Both the position numbers and the translations under genes were made by a program. From contig JBCCXZ010000021.1 of the NCBI GenBank assembly GCA_039190745.1, positions 1 to 53,397 on the forward strand: 53,397 nucleotides of DNA, given 5' to 3'. The notes below the pieces were generated by a model. The model was not told the DNA's origin. It made no database searches and was given only the letters and a program-made list of their open reading frames with translations. This document shows, in pieces, positions 50,161 to 53,397 of this stretch (position 1 is the first letter of the stretch; the number at the start of each line of letters is the position of its first letter). This stretch comes from Planctomycetota bacterium (GTDB lineage Bacteria; Planctomycetota; Planctomycetia; Pirellulales; Lacipirellulaceae).

Positions 50161-50646
50161 GTGCCCGACCCTACCGACATCGAAGACGAAGACGCCCCGC
50201 TGGTCGCCAGCAAAGACCGCGATGCCGATAACGACATGGACATCACGCCCATGATCGACATCACGTTCCTGCTGCTGATCTTCTTCCTCGTCTGCTCCAC
50301 CCCCGAGCAGCAGTCGTCTTTCCAGCTTCCGGCCGCGAAGTACGGCAACGGCGTCGGCGAGCGGGAGTCGTTCTTCATCACGGTCGGCGCCGGCGGCATC
50401 GACACCGCCCCCGTCTACCTGGCCGACGGCGAGATCGACGACAAGGTCCTCCCGGACGACGAAGAGCAGCAGACCGAACTCATCCGCGACGCCGTCACCA
50501 AGGCCCGCGAAGGAGACAGCCCCAAAGAAAACATCATCATCAAGGCCGACCGCAACGTCGCCCACCGCGACGTGGCTCGGGTAATCAAAGCCGTCTCGAA
50601 GGTTGAGGGCGCCAAGATCCACCTCGCCGTCCTGGAAGCCGACTGA
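50161..50646 (+). CDS. exbD: ExbD/TolR family protein (copy 1)
   Basis: MDITPMIDITFLLLIFF with conserved TM Asp; IIKADRNVAHRDV. Confidence 0.92.
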   Translation: MPDPTDIEDEDAPLVASKDRDADNDMDITPMIDITFLLLIFFLVCSTPEQQSSFQLPAAKYGNGVGERESFFITVGAGGIDTAPVYLADGEIDDKVLPDDEEQQTELIRDAVTKAREGDSPKENIIIKADRNVAHRDVARVIKAVSKVEGAKIHLAVLEAD

Positions 50647-50657
50647 GGACCCCCGCC

Positions 50658-51161
50658 GTGGCGATTGAAAACACCAACGTGCTCGTCGAGGAAGACGACG
50701 CCCTCGTCCCCGACCGGGGAAGCGACGAGGAGGAACTCGACCTCACGCCGATGGTGGACGTAACCTTCCTCCTGTTGATCTTCTTCATGATCACCGCCGC
50801 GTTCGCTCTGCAGAAAGCGATCGAGGTGCCCCCCATTAACGACGACGAGGCCGCCGCTTCGCAGACCCTGGAAGACTTGGAAGAAAACTCCATCGTCATC
50901 CGCATCGACGGAGACAACGTCTACTGGATCAGCTCGTCCGACCTGGGCGAGGACGAGCACCGCGTCACCAGCAACCAAGAAATGCTCCTCAAGCTGCGCG
51001 AAGCGCGTGGCCCAGACCGCTCCGGCCCCGCCAAGCTGCTCGTCCAGGCCAACGGCGACGCCCGGCACGAGAAAGTCGTCGCCGCCCTCGACGCCGGTTC
51101 CGGAGAGGGCATGAACGACATCCGGCTGATGAGCTACGAAGACGGCGACCTCGACCTCTAA
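50658..51161 (+). CDS. exbD: ExbD/TolR family protein (copy 2)
   Basis: LDLTPMVDVTFLLLIFFMIT; VQANGDARHEKVVAALD. Confidence 0.92.
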   Translation: MAIENTNVLVEEDDALVPDRGSDEEELDLTPMVDVTFLLLIFFMITAAFALQKAIEVPPINDDEAAASQTLEDLEENSIVIRIDGDNVYWISSSDLGEDEHRVTSNQEMLLKLREARGPDRSGPAKLLVQANGDARHEKVVAALDAGSGEGMNDIRLMSYEDGDLDL

Positions 51162-51237
51162 GCAAGCTCAAAACACGAACCAAGCCCCGCTACCCTGAGC
51201 GAAGCAAGCTCCCCCGTTAGGAACACCACCACCGGCC

Positions 51238-53397
51238 ATGAAGCCCGAAGCCTTCCTCGACGTGCTAGAAGAACGCGGCCTCGTCTCCGCATCGATCGTG
51301 GGCAAGATCCGCGAGAAGGTCAGCAAGGGCGACAAGCGGCTCACGTCAAAATCGATCCTCAAGTACCTGGTCAAGAAAGACCTGGTGACCCGGCGCCAGG
51401 CGAAAGACCTCCTCGCGAGCGTCCTGTCCGTCACCGCGAGCGCCGAGTCCAGCATCCTGGGGATCTCGGTGCTGCCGCAGATGCCCGAGGAGCCGCCCGC
51501 CACCACGGGCAGTATTGTCTCCGACGCGCCCGCCAGCGGCGACTCGATCCCGACGATTGCGCCGGTCGGCGAGGTCCCGGCGCAGTCAGACACCGAGCCT
51601 GAGGAGGCTTCCCTCTCCTCAACGTCCCACGCCGAGATGGCGGCGTTCGTCTCGGACTCGATGGACGCGGTCCCCGCCGAGGAGCCAGCCGCGGGCAAGT
51701 CTAAGAAAAAGAAGAAACGCTCCGCCGCCAAGAAAGGCAACGAGTGGGATTCGCCGCTACTGCTGCTGGGCGGCGGCGGCCTGATCGTCCTGATCGCCTC
51801 GGGCGCCCTGATCTACTGGCTCATCAACCGAGAGAGCGGCGACACCATCCTCAAGGAGGCCCGCGAGTTCTACGACGGCTCGTCCTACACCCAGGCCATC
51901 AAGCTCTACGAGCGGTTCGTCGAAGAGTTCCCCTCGCACGCCGAGTACAGCGAAGCGCGCGTCCAGCTCGGCGTCGCCCGGCTCTGGAACGCCACCGAGA
52001 GCAGCTCCGACTACGCCCGGGCCCTCGAGACGGCCAAGACCGTGTTGGAAAACATCCAGGACGAGCCCGCCTTCGAAACCGCCCAGGAGGACTTCGCCTC
52101 CCGGCTCCCGTTCCTCGCCGAATCGCTCGCCAACCAGGCCGAGGCCTCCGACAACCTGGACGTGGTCAAAGAACGCGTCGATCAGGCACGCGAAGCGCTT
52201 TCGCTCTGCGTGAACACAAAGTTCGTCCCCAAACAGCTCCGCAACGACGCGTTGATCGAAACCGTGCAAGAGACCCTCGCCCGCGTCGAGCGTTCGCAGC
52301 AGCAAGCGGTTGACCTCCGCGACGGCCTCGCAAAGATCTCCGAGGCGATCGAGGCGGCGGACCCCGCAGAGGCCTACGCCGTCCACCGCGAGCTGCTGGA
52401 AAAGCACCCGGGGCTGATCAACGACCAGTCCCTCTCCGCCCGCGTCGCCGAGATCGCGGCGTCTGAGAAGGCGGTCGTCAGGTTTGTTGAACAGGGCAGG
52501 GCGGCGACCGCTGACGAACGGCCCTCGAAGATCGTCGCAACGCTCGCGCTCGCCGAGCGCGGCAGCACCGCCAACAGCGGCGTCAGCGGGACGGTTGCGT
52601 ACGATGCCGACGGGGCGATTTACGGGCTCGACGCTTCCGACGGGCGGCTGCTCTGGCGACGCTATGTGGGCGTTGGTCAACGCAACACTCCCGTCTCGCT
52701 GGAGAACGGACGGCTGCTCGTGCTCGGCCTCGCCCACGACGAGCTGCTCTGCATCGAAAGTTCTAACGGCAAGCTCATCTGGCGCCAGGAGATCGGCGAA
52801 CGCACCGCCGCACCGGTCGTTGCCGGCAGCGTGATCCTCCTCTCGGGGAGATCGGGCAAACTGCACGTTGTCGACCTCGAAAGCGGCGACCTCCGCGGCC
52901 ACGTCGAGTTTGGCCAGGCGCTCCGTTCGCCGCCCGCGGTCAGCGCCAACGGGGAACTCGTTTACCTGTCCGGCGAGCACTCCAGCGTCTACACGCTCGC
53001 CACGGCCGATTTTTCGTGCCTGGGAGTGTACTTCCTGGGGCATCAGAAGGGCAGCATCTCCGTGCCGCCCGTCCCGGTGCTCAACAAAGTGATCGTTTCC
53101 GAAAAAACCGGCGTCGCCACCAGCCGCGTCCACGTCCTCGGGACCGACGAGAACGGCGTCATCACCACCGAAGTCGCCGACTCTCGCGTCGACGGAGTTG
53201 TTGCAACGCCTCCGGTGGCGTCCGGGCGGAGGCTCGGCGTGCTTTCCACTACGGGCGTCATCCAGGTGTTCGACGTCGGCACCGGCAACAAAGAGACGGC
53301 GTTCACCCGCGTCGCGGCACGCGACGGGCGACGCGGAGAACCGGTCGCCCGCGTCGCGGCGGTCGGGGGCGGCGACCACGGGGTGGGCGGGGAGAAA
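51238..53397 (+). CDS. Membrane-anchored TPR + PQQ-like beta-propeller repeat protein, truncated by window edge
   Basis: Not in ORF track because it has no stop. ATG 51238 MKPEAFLDVLEERGLV...; basic stretch then TM WDSPLLLLGGGGLIVLIASGALIYWLI; TPR-like AREFYDGSSYTQAIKLYERFVEEFP; propeller blades YGLDASDGRLLW, CIESSNGKLIW, VVDLESGD. Confidence 0.85.
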   Translation, partial: MKPEAFLDVLEERGLVSASIVGKIREKVSKGDKRLTSKSILKYLVKKDLVTRRQAKDLLASVLSVTASAESSILGISVLPQMPEEPPATTGSIVSDAPASGDSIPTIAPVGEVPAQSDTEPEEASLSSTSHAEMAAFVSDSMDAVPAEEPAAGKSKKKKKRSAAKKGNEWDSPLLLLGGGGLIVLIASGALIYWLINRESGDTILKEAREFYDGSSYTQAIKLYERFVEEFPSHAEYSEARVQLGVARLWNATESSSDYARALETAKTVLENIQDEPAFETAQEDFASRLPFLAESLANQAEASDNLDVVKERVDQAREALSLCVNTKFVPKQLRNDALIETVQETLARVERSQQQAVDLRDGLAKISEAIEAADPAEAYAVHRELLEKHPGLINDQSLSARVAEIAASEKAVVRFVEQGRAATADERPSKIVATLALAERGSTANSGVSGTVAYDADGAIYGLDASDGRLLWRRYVGVGQRNTPVSLENGRLLVLGLAHDELLCIESSNGKLIWRQEIGERTAAPVVAGSVILLSGRSGKLHVVDLESGDLRGHVEFGQALRSPPAVSANGELVYLSGEHSSVYTLATADFSCLGVYFLGHQKGSISVPPVPVLNKVIVSEKTGVATSRVHVLGTDENGVITTEVADSRVDGVVATPPVASGRRLGVLSTTGVIQVFDVGTGNKETAFTRVAARDGRRGEPVARVAAVGGGDHGVGGEK

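Noticed and set aside
51757..53379. 540-aa minus-strand ORF
   Set aside because: Antisense shadow of the plus-strand TPR/PQQ-propeller gene starting at 51238.
1..53397. CRISPR arrays, tRNA/rRNA, transposases, integrases, prophage or defence genes
   Set aside because: No regularly spaced direct repeats or recognisable motifs were seen by eye; short or divergent ncRNAs cannot be excluded without Infernal or tRNAscan.

Overview
High-GC bacterial window, most likely from a planctomycete (Pirellulales-like). This is inferred from the gene families present: long lipoprotein TolC-like protein, prenyltransferase-repeat/ExbBD/PQQ-propeller locus, PEP-CTERM protein and ECF sigma factor. Left to right it holds: (1) a minus-strand biosynthetic cluster cut by the left window edge, made of a Phe-type ammonia-lyase, an acyl-AMP ligase-ACP loading protein, a type I PKS (KS-AT-DH-KR-ACP followed by a terminal Cys->Ser KS and a dead AT) and two tandem flavin-dependent halogenases, preceded by an RND pump; (2) a 10-gene Wzx/Wzy exopolysaccharide operon whose priming sugar transferase carries a degenerate GGDEF domain with an intact RxxD site, whose BY-kinase lacks the Walker A lysine, and whose last gene is an intact diguanylate cyclase; (3) a MacAB-TolC-like exporter; (4) assorted genes (ferredoxin, ECF sigma, GNAT, Zn-ADH, exported EEP nuclease, HhH-GPD glycosylase, a 42-aa Cys/Lys-rich small protein missing from the ORF track, a PEP-CTERM protein); (5) an ExbB-ExbD-ExbD motor locus with a periplasmic alpha-barrel/HEAT protein, a TonB-like-topology protein and a TPR/PQQ-propeller membrane protein, cut by the right edge. 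No rRNA, tRNA, CRISPR array or transposase was recognised. The best novelty candidates are the c-di-GMP-gated EPS operon and the PAL/PKS/dual-halogenase cluster. All calls come from manual motif reading; no database searches were run.
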